The position numbers and the translations under genes are program-made. Below the pieces are notes generated by a model. That model made no database searches, was not told the DNA's origin, and saw only the letters and a program-made list of their open reading frames with translations. Positions 23,232-32,920 of a DNA stretch of 64,000 bases are shown here, piece by piece. Position 1 is the stretch's first letter. Every line of letters begins with the position of its first letter. Source of the stretch: Pelobacter sp. UBA6812 (GTDB lineage: Bacteria > Desulfobacterota > Desulfuromonadia > Desulfuromonadales > Syntrophotaleaceae); the NCBI GenBank assembly GCA_002452265.1, contig DKEW01000015.1, forward strand, positions 354 to 64,353, read 5' to 3'.

Positions 23232-23407
23232 CACTGAATGAAAGTTCATGCTTTCTTAACAAATATGACACACAACCTACATGGACCTACTCAGGACGCG
23301 GATACGCTTAGTGCCGTCAAACGCCTCATAACAGAGAGGCTGCCCAGCCAGGAAAACATCAATTCCCTCTGAGCGCTTGGTTTATTTTTACAAAATATCG
23401 GAATCGA

Positions 23408-23433
23408 GTAAACCTTCATCAACAAAGTGCGTC
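23408..23433 (+). promoter_or_regulatory. Candidate ECF-sigma promoter
   Basis: GTAAAC-16 bp-CGTC, the AAC/CGT pattern typical of ECF sigma promoters, 30 bp upstream of ATG 23464. Confidence 0.55.
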
Positions 23434-23463
23434 TATAAAACCAAAACGAAAGGAGAAACAACC

Positions 23464-23931
23464 ATGAAAAAAAACAAGTTTGCTTTAGCTTTATCCGCCG
23501 CAACCATAGGTATCGCCTGTCTGGTTGCATCACCGGCCTGGTCTGCAGGCCAACATGACCAAACCCAAATCAAGCAGCAAAGAAGAATTGCTCAAGGTGT
23601 CAGGTCGGGCGAACTCACCCGCCACGAATTTGCGCGGTTACAAAATGAACAGCGCCAAATCAAACATTTTGCTTACCGCGCCAAGGCTGATGGTCATGTA
23701 AACAAGTGGGAGCGTCGTCAATTATCAAACATGAGAAAACAGGCCAACAAACATATTTACACGGCTAAACATAATCGCATGAACTCCTACTCTTGCCGCC
23801 CCGAATGGAGAGGTCACCACGATAGACATAACATCCCGCCACGCAGGGCTCCATCGATCAAAACCGGTTCCTTTAGCGGGGCAGTCGTACAACCGGGATT
23901 GTCCATAGCATGGAATGTCGGACTTCACTAA
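23464..23931 (+). CDS. Secreted, basic, helical hypothetical protein (RIxQGVRSGELT...KADG...ER type)
   Basis: AAGGAG SD, signal peptide MKKNKFALALSAATIGIACLVASPAWS, own terminator. Confidence 0.8.
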   Translation: MKKNKFALALSAATIGIACLVASPAWSAGQHDQTQIKQQRRIAQGVRSGELTRHEFARLQNEQRQIKHFAYRAKADGHVNKWERRQLSNMRKQANKHIYTAKHNRMNSYSCRPEWRGHHDRHNIPPRRAPSIKTGSFSGAVVQPGLSIAWNVGLH

Positions 23932-23947
23932 AAGTCTCACAGTATAG

Positions 23948-23983
23948 AAAAAATCCCGAAGTTAATAGCTTCGGGATTTTTTT
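23948..23983. terminator. Bidirectional intrinsic terminator
   Basis: AAAAAATCCCGAAG-TTAATAG-CTTCGGGATTTTTTT. Confidence 0.9.
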
Positions 23984-24009
23984 GCCTCCTGCCGTACTTC
24001 CGCTATAAT
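23982..24009 (+). promoter_or_regulatory. sigma70-type promoter for pfk
   Basis: TTGCCT-16 bp-TATAAT; the -35 overlaps the terminator T-run. Confidence 0.55.
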
Positions 24010-24066
24010 TCAGAAAATGAATGCCTTACTGACACTATTTGAGAAGTCTACAAAAAGGGGCAGATT

Positions 24067-25263
24067 ATGAGCTATCGTGGAACCATCGGCATCCTGACCG
24101 GGGGGGGAGATGTACCGGGATTGAATCCGGCTATCAGGGCTGTCACCTTCCGCGCCTTGCGTGAAGGCTACAGGGTCGTCGGCATTCGCCGGGGATGGGG
24201 CGGTCTGGTGGACTATGTAATCGATAGCCATGCGGATAACAGCGCCCATCTACAAATCCTCACCGAGGATATTGTCAATCGCGCAGGCCGCACGGGAGGT
24301 ACCTTTTTACACACCTCGCGTACCCTGCCTGCGCGCCTTCCGGGTACGGCCGTTCCGGAACATTTGAGATCCCAATACCATGATGACGTTAACGACGTCA
24401 CCCCTCATATATTACGCGCGATTGAAAAAATAGGTATTGATTATCTTATCCCTATCGGTGGGGATGACACCTTGAGTTATGCTGAACGACTCAGCCGTGA
24501 GGGAGTATCCGTCGTGGCCATACCAAAAACCATGGATAACGACGTTACCGGCACCGATTACTGTATCGGTTTCAGCACCTGCGTCACCCGCACCATCGAG
24601 TTGACCCATACTTTGCGCACGACCGCAGGTTCGCATGAACGTTTGCTTGTTATTGAGGTATTCGGACGATATGCAGGATTTACAGCCATGCTGCCAACCA
24701 TGGCCGGAGCGGCAGACCGGTGCGTTATTCCTGAACAGCCTTTCGATATGGAACATTTAACCAGACTGCTGGTTGAAGATCGCAATCGCCACCCCAGCGC
24801 CTATGCGGTTGTACTGGTGTCGGAAGGTGCGACCATGGTTGATGAGGAAAGCATGTCTTTTGAAAGTATGGAAAGCGACCAATACGGTCACCGTAAATTG
24901 GGCGGCATCGGCGATAAAGTCGCCGCAAGACTTAAGGAATTGTCACCAAAATTCAACAACGGCAAACGTATCAACATCGTTAATCAACGACTTGGATATC
25001 TCGTACGTTGCGGCAATCCTGATGCCATCGACTCCATCGTGCCTATGGCTTATGGCAATCTGGCTCTGGATCTTATCCTTGAAAAACGCACAGGGCAACT
25101 GGTTGCACTGCGTAACGGTTGTTATGCCAGCGTACCGATTGACATGGTAACCAGCCGCAAAAAGATAGTCTCCGTTGACAGGCATTACAACAAAGAGCGT
25201 CTTAGGCCCAAATACGAAACATTCAGGGATCAGCCCATGTTTATTATGACCAGCGAAGATTGA
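24067..25263 (+). CDS. pfk: 6-phosphofructokinase, probably pyrophosphate-dependent
   Basis: TGGGDVPGLN, GGDD (Asp rather than Gly), PKTMDND (Lys), EVFGR. Confidence 0.92.
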   Translation: MSYRGTIGILTGGGDVPGLNPAIRAVTFRALREGYRVVGIRRGWGGLVDYVIDSHADNSAHLQILTEDIVNRAGRTGGTFLHTSRTLPARLPGTAVPEHLRSQYHDDVNDVTPHILRAIEKIGIDYLIPIGGDDTLSYAERLSREGVSVVAIPKTMDNDVTGTDYCIGFSTCVTRTIELTHTLRTTAGSHERLLVIEVFGRYAGFTAMLPTMAGAADRCVIPEQPFDMEHLTRLLVEDRNRHPSAYAVVLVSEGATMVDEESMSFESMESDQYGHRKLGGIGDKVAARLKELSPKFNNGKRINIVNQRLGYLVRCGNPDAIDSIVPMAYGNLALDLILEKRTGQLVALRNGCYASVPIDMVTSRKKIVSVDRHYNKERLRPKYETFRDQPMFIMTSED

Positions 25264-25288
25264 CGGTGAATGCGTGTCTTGCCAAGCT

Positions 25289-25319
25289 AAAAAAGGCCCG
25301 GGGTTTGTATTCCCGGGCC
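25289..25319 (-). terminator. Intrinsic terminator at the end of the EPS locus
   Basis: GGCCCGGG-AATACAAAC-CCCGGGCC-TTTTTT on the - strand. Confidence 0.8.
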
Positions 25320-25368
25320 AGCAAGACTTATGGATTTGAAAGATGCTTGATAAATAGATGGACTATCT

Positions 25369-27627
25369 TCACAAACTTTCGAGCATGGATCGTACCTCGG
25401 AATTATTGGGATCCAGAAGTAAAGCCTTACGATACAATTCCTCGGCACGATATGTAATGCCCAGGCGCTGGTATAAGTTACCGGCAGTCAACAAAAGGGA
25501 AAGATCTTTGGGGCGAGCTTCCACACCAATACGAAAGACCTCAAGGGCCGCATCAAAATTTTCCTTGCTAACAAAATAGGCCGCAATCTGCTGGAATAGA
25601 TCCGAGGAAACCCATGGCTCGGAAACTGCCAGCTTTACCGAGTACATGTAAACAGTTTCAGCATCGCCATCCTTTGCCAGAGAAACAAGATAATCGCCAA
25701 ATTGACGATAAGCCTCTGCCCGTTGCGGCAAATATCTCAACCAACTATCGCTGGATATGTTCTGTTTTTGAAAATACCGTAACCAGAATCCGGTCTCCTC
25801 GGGTTCTAGTGACAGAAGCCTGGATAATGTCACCATTGCCTGCCGATCATCCCCCTTGGACAGAAGATAGAGAAGATGACTGCGCTGCAATGCGGAAGAA
25901 AGCGGCATATTTTTCAATCCTCCCTGCATCAGCTTCTGTCCAGCCTCGACATGACCACGCACCTCCAAAAGCGCGCCGATACGATATAGAGGCTTTCCGA
26001 CAAGAGGATTGAGCCGAAGGGCCCTTGAAAATAACGCCATCGCCCTTCCATCATCCTGTTGCGCTGCCCAATAATTTCCAGCCGCAAACCAATGGTCAGC
26101 TTCGAGAGGATCGAACAGCAATTGTTTTTCCAGTGTTTCCGGGGTATCTGACGACCCGTCCTGTGTTGACACAAAGGTCGCTACAAGTGGTTGTGACACC
26201 TTCAACCATGCTTTACCGCCAACATAAACGGTACCTGCCAGTCCCAACAAGCCGGCAAAAAAGATCATCCCCCACCGAACCTCCGGCGATAAATCGCCAA
26301 AGTCAGAATCTGGCTCTCCCGATGAACTGAAGCAGCCGATCGCTATAAAAAGTGCTGCAAGGAAATAACCTATCAACTTTGACCACGGAACGGATGCCTG
26401 AGACGCGGCGGAGCCTGATGCGAAACAAACGACCAATCCGGCAACTACGCCGGGTAAAAGGACCTGAGACATGCGGTTGCGCCTCCGGAACCATCCTGTA
26501 ACGCCAGTCAGAAGTAGGGAAAGCCAAAAACACAGAGTCAGGAAGATCCCGACAAGACCGCCTTCGGTGAGCACCGCAAGATCAAACCCGCCACTTTTTT
26601 TCTCTGCCGGAGAGGTCTTAAGCTTTGTGTAGCGCATTTCCAATCCCGCCAGGTTACCAGGCCCCGCACCGAGCAGAAAAAAATCTTTTACAAGAGACTG
26701 GCGATCAAGGGAGGTAAATGCTGGGATCGGAGAATTACTCGACTCACGATGTGTTGATTTTATGGTGCCAAGCCCAACCACAACAAAAACCAGCAGGGAT
26801 AGCACCACCGCAGTTATACAACCCGTGCGACTGCTGCGACGAAGCAGGAGCATGACTGTCATTATCAGAAGCCCGCAGGCCAGGGATACCTGGATTTGCA
26901 GAGGAGCAAATAGGGTCACGGCCACAATCATCAGTATCGCCGAGGCCAACAAATAGCCGTGAAGATGATTTGACGGATGACGGAATGCCTGCACCAGACG
27001 CTTGGTCCATGAACCATAATTTTGATGGGGCTTGGCATAAAGATGGCAAGCCAATACCAAGGGCACAAGAGCGGCCAATGATACCATCTCTCCCCTGAAC
27101 ACCGTGTGGAACAGATCGGCATTGAGACCTGCCGTAAGTTGAATAAAACCGAACCCGATTGTCGCAAAAGCGACCAATCCAACAGCTATCCCAAACCATT
27201 GTAAAAGTTTTCCCAGCTCGGCATGATAGGCACCGGTCTGGGCCGTCATAAAGAAAAGACCCGCCATGACCATAAACTGCAGTAGCCAGAGAAATGCCGG
27301 TTTCGCTGTCAAGGCGAGTGGCATCCATGTATCGGGGCGCAATGCCCAGACCGTTTCGCTGTACAATTGGTAGCCGCCAGGGGACAGAGATGACAAAATT
27401 GCAGGCGGAAGGGGAAGAAACTGAATCAACAGCAAAGCGAACCACCCGACGAGTGCTGGAAAACCAGGGGGGCGCCACAGACCTTCGCCGGCAAAATGCA
27501 GCATCCCCACCAGAGCGATCGAAACGGGTACGATCAGAACCGCGGCCCGCCAGGAGAAGGGTATAATCTCACCGAACAGGGTCAATAACCACACAGCAAC
27601 AAGTAGCCAACCCCATACTTTAGACAT
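25369..27627 (-). CDS. O-antigen ligase-like polytopic membrane protein with C-terminal TPR domain (catalytic motifs degenerate)
   Basis: Multiple TM helices, QFLPLP, GAGPG and EGGLVG Wzy_C-like motifs; TPRs (ALRLNP, ALLLDPNN). Start at ATG 27627 after GGGAGG. Confidence 0.75.
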   Translation of the reverse strand: MSKVWGWLLVAVWLLTLFGEIIPFSWRAAVLIVPVSIALVGMLHFAGEGLWRPPGFPALVGWFALLLIQFLPLPPAILSSLSPGGYQLYSETVWALRPDTWMPLALTAKPAFLWLLQFMVMAGLFFMTAQTGAYHAELGKLLQWFGIAVGLVAFATIGFGFIQLTAGLNADLFHTVFRGEMVSLAALVPLVLACHLYAKPHQNYGSWTKRLVQAFRHPSNHLHGYLLASAILMIVAVTLFAPLQIQVSLACGLLIMTVMLLLRRSSRTGCITAVVLSLLVFVVVGLGTIKSTHRESSNSPIPAFTSLDRQSLVKDFFLLGAGPGNLAGLEMRYTKLKTSPAEKKSGGFDLAVLTEGGLVGIFLTLCFWLSLLLTGVTGWFRRRNRMSQVLLPGVVAGLVVCFASGSAASQASVPWSKLIGYFLAALFIAIGCFSSSGEPDSDFGDLSPEVRWGMIFFAGLLGLAGTVYVGGKAWLKVSQPLVATFVSTQDGSSDTPETLEKQLLFDPLEADHWFAAGNYWAAQQDDGRAMALFSRALRLNPLVGKPLYRIGALLEVRGHVEAGQKLMQGGLKNMPLSSALQRSHLLYLLSKGDDRQAMVTLSRLLSLEPEETGFWLRYFQKQNISSDSWLRYLPQRAEAYRQFGDYLVSLAKDGDAETVYMYSVKLAVSEPWVSSDLFQQIAAYFVSKENFDAALEVFRIGVEARPKDLSLLLTAGNLYQRLGITYRAEELYRKALLLDPNNSEVRSMLESL

Positions 27628-28324
27628 CCAGCGACCTCCCTGAAATAACTGCAGCAGGATTATATTGCACAAGCTTAAGGGCCGCACTTTCTCCAATAAG
27701 CTGTGCTGCAACTCGCACACCTTCCGACAACTGCGGCAGCCGATGATGCGATGAGTGCCCATCGCTGGCGAGGATATGTACCCAGCCACTGGAAACCAAA
27801 TGACAGGCACAGGCCTGCACATCCACACCAAAAATGCCAGTAAGACTTCCTGCTGTAACCTGTACCAAAGCACCTGATTGCACAAGATGCTCAAGGGATT
27901 CAGGGTGTTTGAGAATACTTGGATTGCGCTCCGGATGGGTGATAATGGGACGCAAACCTGCTAACTGCCATTCAAAAAGCGTTTCCTCGGCATTGGCAGG
28001 CAAATGGCTATGGGGAAACTCAAGTAACACATAATTGGTTCGATTGACGGTATACAAAGACACTACCTCAATCGGCAATAAAGAGGAGACATCACCGCCC
28101 GGAAGTATATCGACAGATACGCCCATTTTTTGCAGATAGGCGGTAAGCATGCTGATCTTTTCTTCAATCAGCGCTGGTGTGGGAATTTCATTTTTGACAT
28201 GAGGCGTAGCGACAATGGTCCGGATTCCATCTGCTACAGCGATACGAGCCATGGCAAGCGACTCCTCCATGGATGATGAACCATCATCCATGGAGGGCAA
28301 TATATGGCAATGAATATCGATCAT
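27620..28324 (-). CDS. CpsB/CapC-type PHP tyrosine phosphatase
   Basis: IDIHCHILP..DDG, ATPH, THPERN, ASDGH. Confidence 0.93.
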   Translation of the reverse strand: MIDIHCHILPSMDDGSSSMEESLAMARIAVADGIRTIVATPHVKNEIPTPALIEEKISMLTAYLQKMGVSVDILPGGDVSSLLPIEVVSLYTVNRTNYVLLEFPHSHLPANAEETLFEWQLAGLRPIITHPERNPSILKHPESLEHLVQSGALVQVTAGSLTGIFGVDVQACACHLVSSGWVHILASDGHSSHHRLPQLSEGVRVAAQLIGESAALKLVQYNPAAVISGRSLDV

Positions 28325-28326
28325 AA

Positions 28327-30510
28327 TTATTTGCCTGATTCGGCAACAGGCCTCTTATTTTTATTATCTCCCTCGTAATGGTGGTAGTAACTATGATGAT
28401 AATAGGAGGATTTATCGATTTCCAAAGCATTAATAACCAAACCAAGTATGCGCGCTCCGGCATCCCGAAGTGTTCGAAGAGTCCGGTCCGCGATTTCGTA
28501 GGTCGTCTTGCCACCGGCCGCAACAAGAATCACCCCTTCGAACAACCGGCACAGAAGTCGCGTATCCGATACCGGCAACACCGGCGGGGAGTCACAGAGA
28601 ATAATGTCGAATTCATTACTCAATGAATCCAATAAACTTGGCAAACGGTTTGAGCTAAGCAATTCCGAAGGGTTGGGCGGAATCGGTCCGGCAGGTATGA
28701 CGTACAGATTATTTACGCTTGTTTTCTGCACGATGTGACCATCCACTGCACCGGCCAAATAGGTACTTAATCCCCGGCTGTTGGATAGCTTCAATATTTG
28801 ATGAATTCGCGGTTTTCGCAAATCACCATCCACCAGTAGCACTTTCTTGTCGGACTGAACAAGGGTCTGGGCCAGATTAATGATCGTGGTGGTCTTGCCC
28901 TCCCCCATCCCCGCGCTCGTCAGCAGAATGCGTCGAGGTGCCTGATCGGCAAAGGATAGGAAAACTGCAGTTCTCAGTCCGCGATAACTTTCAGCGAAGG
29001 CCGATTGCGGCTCACTCAGAACCGTCTCCTCAACGGGGTGTTTTAGATGTCGACGCATTGAGATCACCCCGAGAATCGGGATCCCGAGAATAGCTTCTGC
29101 TTCTTCGGGGTCTTTAACGGTGTTGTCAAGATAATTCATGAAAAACGCAAGAGCGATTCCACCCGCAAGACCGATGATCAATCCAAGCAGCAAATTGACT
29201 TTTTTCGAGGGGGTTGCTGGGAATTTGGGCAGCATCGCCTTTTCCACAATCCAGAGAACAACAGGGCTGGAATCTTCGGTAATACTCTGTTCTTTAAGTT
29301 TGAGCATCAAGGCATCGTAGAGTTCACGGTTTGTATCAACTATCCTTTTGAGGGCACCATACTGGATAAATTTTTCGTTCAGCCCCATTGCCTCGGATTT
29401 GGTTCCCGTGAGCTTGCTGCGCAAAGTGTTTTCATTAGATCGCGCGAGTTCGTAATCGGTTTGGATAGAGTCGATAATGCGATCGATTTCCTGGCGTCGT
29501 TTACGCTCGAGAACCTGCAGATCTCCTCTTGCCTTAACCATCAGCGGATGTTTGGATCCGAATTTGTTGGACAGTTCCATGATGCTTTTTTCAGTTTCAA
29601 CGATCTGGGACCGAATGGCCTGAAGAGCAAGGTCGGATGCAATCGCCGACATGGATTCAGCCTTCCGATAATCGCCTTTTGCCCGATTGATTTTGCTTAC
29701 CAGGATCTCCAGTTCCTTACGACGGGTTTCAGCGCGAAGCAACTGGATATTGATCTCGGACAGTTTTTCCGGAACAACTGTAATGCGATCTTCCAGCGTA
29801 ACGATATCGTTAGCTTTCATGTAATCTTGAAGAGCTTGCTCCGAAGCCTTGAGTTTCTGAGCTTCATCCTGAGCCTTGCGCCCCATCCACTCAAGGTTGG
29901 TACGCGTAGCATTCATTTTCATCTGAAGAGTTTCATCAATATAGGCTTTGGCGGTTGTATTGGCCACCATCGCCGCAAGTTCGGGATTTGGAGATAAATA
30001 GTTAATCGTTATCAGACGGGTCCCTGGAACGGGTTTAACGAACAGGGATTCGGAAATTTTATCGATAATTGCATCCTTTCGGCTCTGATCCTTCTGCGCC
30101 TTTCCAAATAGAATGCGCTTGGCATCAGCAACCGCTTCGCTCGCTAATTGCCAGGTGAATTGCAAGATGGTGCGTTTCTTGTTGGCCGCTTCCAAATACC
30201 TGTCGTAATTCTCCTCAAGGTTAAGAATTTCAACCACCTTCTCAACAACGGTACGACTGCGGATCAGCTGCAATTGGGTTTTATAAAACTCAGGGTCGTA
30301 GGAAGATCCCCGGACCCGCCCCGTCAGATCTCCGTTATCTACTTTTTCAATCAATACTTTGGCCACGCCTTCGTAAAGAGGGGTGGCTGCGTAGGTGAAT
30401 AAAACCACCAGCCCAAAAACAATCAGGAAAAAGGCCAAAACAATACGTCGGTATTTACGCACCGTTCCAATCATGTCCAATAGATGAAGATCGGTCTTTT
30501 TAAAGGGCAT
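28327..30510 (-). CDS. wzc: Polysaccharide co-polymerase/tyrosine autokinase (Wzc)
   Basis: Two TM segments, coiled-coil periplasmic region, Walker A GEGKTT, DGDLRKP, DSPP, C-terminal Tyr cluster YYHHSYYHHY. Confidence 0.93.
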   Translation of the reverse strand: MPFKKTDLHLLDMIGTVRKYRRIVLAFFLIVFGLVVLFTYAATPLYEGVAKVLIEKVDNGDLTGRVRGSSYDPEFYKTQLQLIRSRTVVEKVVEILNLEENYDRYLEAANKKRTILQFTWQLASEAVADAKRILFGKAQKDQSRKDAIIDKISESLFVKPVPGTRLITINYLSPNPELAAMVANTTAKAYIDETLQMKMNATRTNLEWMGRKAQDEAQKLKASEQALQDYMKANDIVTLEDRITVVPEKLSEINIQLLRAETRRKELEILVSKINRAKGDYRKAESMSAIASDLALQAIRSQIVETEKSIMELSNKFGSKHPLMVKARGDLQVLERKRRQEIDRIIDSIQTDYELARSNENTLRSKLTGTKSEAMGLNEKFIQYGALKRIVDTNRELYDALMLKLKEQSITEDSSPVVLWIVEKAMLPKFPATPSKKVNLLLGLIIGLAGGIALAFFMNYLDNTVKDPEEAEAILGIPILGVISMRRHLKHPVEETVLSEPQSAFAESYRGLRTAVFLSFADQAPRRILLTSAGMGEGKTTTIINLAQTLVQSDKKVLLVDGDLRKPRIHQILKLSNSRGLSTYLAGAVDGHIVQKTSVNNLYVIPAGPIPPNPSELLSSNRLPSLLDSLSNEFDIILCDSPPVLPVSDTRLLCRLFEGVILVAAGGKTTYEIADRTLRTLRDAGARILGLVINALEIDKSSYYHHSYYHHYEGDNKNKRPVAESGK

Positions 30511-30583
30511 ACAATGACTCTGCCTCCCCTATGAATTAAGAATAAATGACCTTTGAATAACCTATACAACCAAACGAACAAGA

Positions 30584-31390
30584 TCAGAAAAAACTTTCAG
30601 GCACCACGATGACATCTTCTGGCAAGACAACGGTATGCATCGGTACTTTTTCAATAACTTTTTCTTCACCATCAACATGCCGAATCAGACGAACCCGTTT
30701 CTGGGAGGCAAGCTCGGTAAATCCCCCTGCTATCGTAATCGCTTTGATTACCGAGGTACCCGCTTCAAGTTTATACATATCCGGTCTTTTAACCTGACCC
30801 GTCACATAAAATACACCTGCCCGCGGGACGAAGACACTGTCACCGTCCATGATGGAAACATTCGGGGAGGTTTCCTGTTTTTCCAAAAGGCTTTTCAGAT
30901 TGACGGTTATGATATTGTCCTGGCCGGGGTTGTCAGGATTTTTACGTTTGATAGTAATTTCACTGCCTGCATCAGGCGTCAAGCCACCGGCCTTGGAGAT
31001 GAGTTCCACCAGGTTGGTACTGCCGCTCAATTCATATAGGCCGGGCAGTTTCACTTCACCCATGATATTCGCTCTCTTACTGCGAAATTCCTCGACAAAA
31101 ACCGAAACCTGCGGATCCCGAATATAACCGGAGGCAAGTTTTTGGGCAATTTTGGAAGAAACTTGTGAAACGGATAATCCTTCGATTTGCAGCTCGCCGA
31201 TAAGGGGAAACAGAATGGTGCCGTTACCACTGACCCGTGTAGTGGTTTCCAAGTCAGGGTTATCGTAAACCATGACTTTGATGACATCCCCTTCCCCAAT
31301 CCGGTAATCCTGCTGTTCAAGACACAGAGATGTCCGACCGGTTGCAAAAAGCAGGATTAACAGAGCGCACGCAAAAGTAAAATTTTTCAT
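30584..31390 (-). CDS. Short periplasmic OPX/Wza-family export protein (PES + 2 SLBB, no C-terminal helix)
   Basis: YRIGEGD...G.ILFPLIG PES motif, two GEV/GQV..P..Y..AGG SLBB repeats, ends PESFF. Confidence 0.9.
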   Translation of the reverse strand: MKNFTFACALLILLFATGRTSLCLEQQDYRIGEGDVIKVMVYDNPDLETTTRVSGNGTILFPLIGELQIEGLSVSQVSSKIAQKLASGYIRDPQVSVFVEEFRSKRANIMGEVKLPGLYELSGSTNLVELISKAGGLTPDAGSEITIKRKNPDNPGQDNIITVNLKSLLEKQETSPNVSIMDGDSVFVPRAGVFYVTGQVKRPDMYKLEAGTSVIKAITIAGGFTELASQKRVRLIRHVDGEEKVIEKVPMHTVVLPEDVIVVPESFF

Positions 31391-31430
31391 GGTCGAATAC
31401 CTCCACTATAGTCATGCTTGTAACTGATCC

Positions 31431-32786
31431 TTAAAGTGCAAAGATCAGACTAAGGTAAACGTTATTGCGATCATAATCGAAATCGATAGAATTGGAATCC
31501 CGCTTGATAAAGGCGTATCCACCAGACAGAGACATCCAGTTGGTAAATGAATATTTCATATCTACCCCGGCACTGTAGTAATCATCCCGTCGATCACCGG
31601 AGGTCCCTTCCCCATGATAACTATTGCGTTTGTAAAAGACGTTGGCAGAGGCCAACAGTTTTGGCAAAATTCTCTGATAGTACCGTAATTGGACTTTCTG
31701 GGACAAAATATAGGAAGTCCCGGCAATATCCGTTTCGTTGGAATTGCGCGAAGCTCTCAACTCAGCATAAGATTTCGGAGTAAAACGGTGGCGAAGCTGA
31801 ATTTCCGCTATCAGGTTATCAACCTCCTGGCTTCCAGCCGCATCGAAATCCTTCAGTCCATAACCGACCTTGGCGAGCAGTCGGGACTTGATGGTTGCAA
31901 TCCACTCGACCCCGGCATATACCCGGTGTTCCTGACTGTCGGAAATGATGTCCTTGTCGTAATCGACATCAACGAAATCATATTCCAGCAGAGCCGAGGT
32001 CTTGGGCAAAAACCGGTAGAAGAACCGTCCGGCAAAACTATTATCCTCACGCTCGCGAAAAGCATTGCGTGATGCGTCATAACTCAGGGAATAAAACCCG
32101 TATTCTCCTTCGATGCGGGTTTTCGGAGTAAACTCGTAACTGACCGTTGAGCTGACAAGGTTGGACTTGAATTTATCCAGAGTCCGACTGGTTCCAGTGC
32201 CATATGCATCATGATCGAGTTCATAGATATCCAGAACATCTACAGACAGGCCACCGCGAAAGTTATATTGGAAAAATCCTTCAGCACGCTGATTGACCTG
32301 ATCTTCGGAATCAAATTTGTCATGCAACATTATATTAGCCTGATATTTTGCGTAACCTTGTATCCGAGTGGTGGCTTTTTCACGAAAACGGCTGAGCTCC
32401 AGACCTCCGGGCGCAGTATTCAAAGTATTCATGCTGATAAGAGGATATCTGCTTGCGGGCAGTACTGCCCAGATACCGGGGGTGATGAGCGTAATAAAAT
32501 CACCTTCACGATTGGATTCACGACTGAAGAGGTTATCCGTATAAAAACCGCTAACGGACAAAAATGGATGGATATAACCTGTCTTGCCGCCCAGGATATC
32601 TCCAAGACGCACGGCTGTTGAGGATTGTTCAAAGGGACTTTCGCTATATATTGTAGGGGGCAGAATGCCCGGTGCGGTGGGAACCTCCTCCGTATCCGTA
32701 GCCTTGTCGGCAGCAACTTCAACGCTCCAAGCCGGTTGTCCCAGCAGTAAAATCAAAAAAACCCCCCACAAAATTTTACCGAACAT
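31431..32786 (-). CDS. Outer-membrane beta-barrel protein (EPS export associated)
   Basis: Signal peptide, alternating amphipathic Tyr/Phe-rich strands, C-terminal beta-signal NVYLSLIFAL; adjacent to the OPX gene. Confidence 0.8.
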   Translation of the reverse strand: MFGKILWGVFLILLLGQPAWSVEVAADKATDTEEVPTAPGILPPTIYSESPFEQSSTAVRLGDILGGKTGYIHPFLSVSGFYTDNLFSRESNREGDFITLITPGIWAVLPASRYPLISMNTLNTAPGGLELSRFREKATTRIQGYAKYQANIMLHDKFDSEDQVNQRAEGFFQYNFRGGLSVDVLDIYELDHDAYGTGTSRTLDKFKSNLVSSTVSYEFTPKTRIEGEYGFYSLSYDASRNAFREREDNSFAGRFFYRFLPKTSALLEYDFVDVDYDKDIISDSQEHRVYAGVEWIATIKSRLLAKVGYGLKDFDAAGSQEVDNLIAEIQLRHRFTPKSYAELRASRNSNETDIAGTSYILSQKVQLRYYQRILPKLLASANVFYKRNSYHGEGTSGDRRDDYYSAGVDMKYSFTNWMSLSGGYAFIKRDSNSIDFDYDRNNVYLSLIFAL

Positions 32787-32920
32787 GACATCCCCCTTGT
32801 CTTAAGTACGTATCCAGAGTACCCGTCCACAGATGAAAGTAACCGACCTCAATGCGATATCCTTGATAAAAGGCTAACAAAAACTGTCAGAAAGTCTATT
32901 CCCGCACTCCTCCTCATCGG

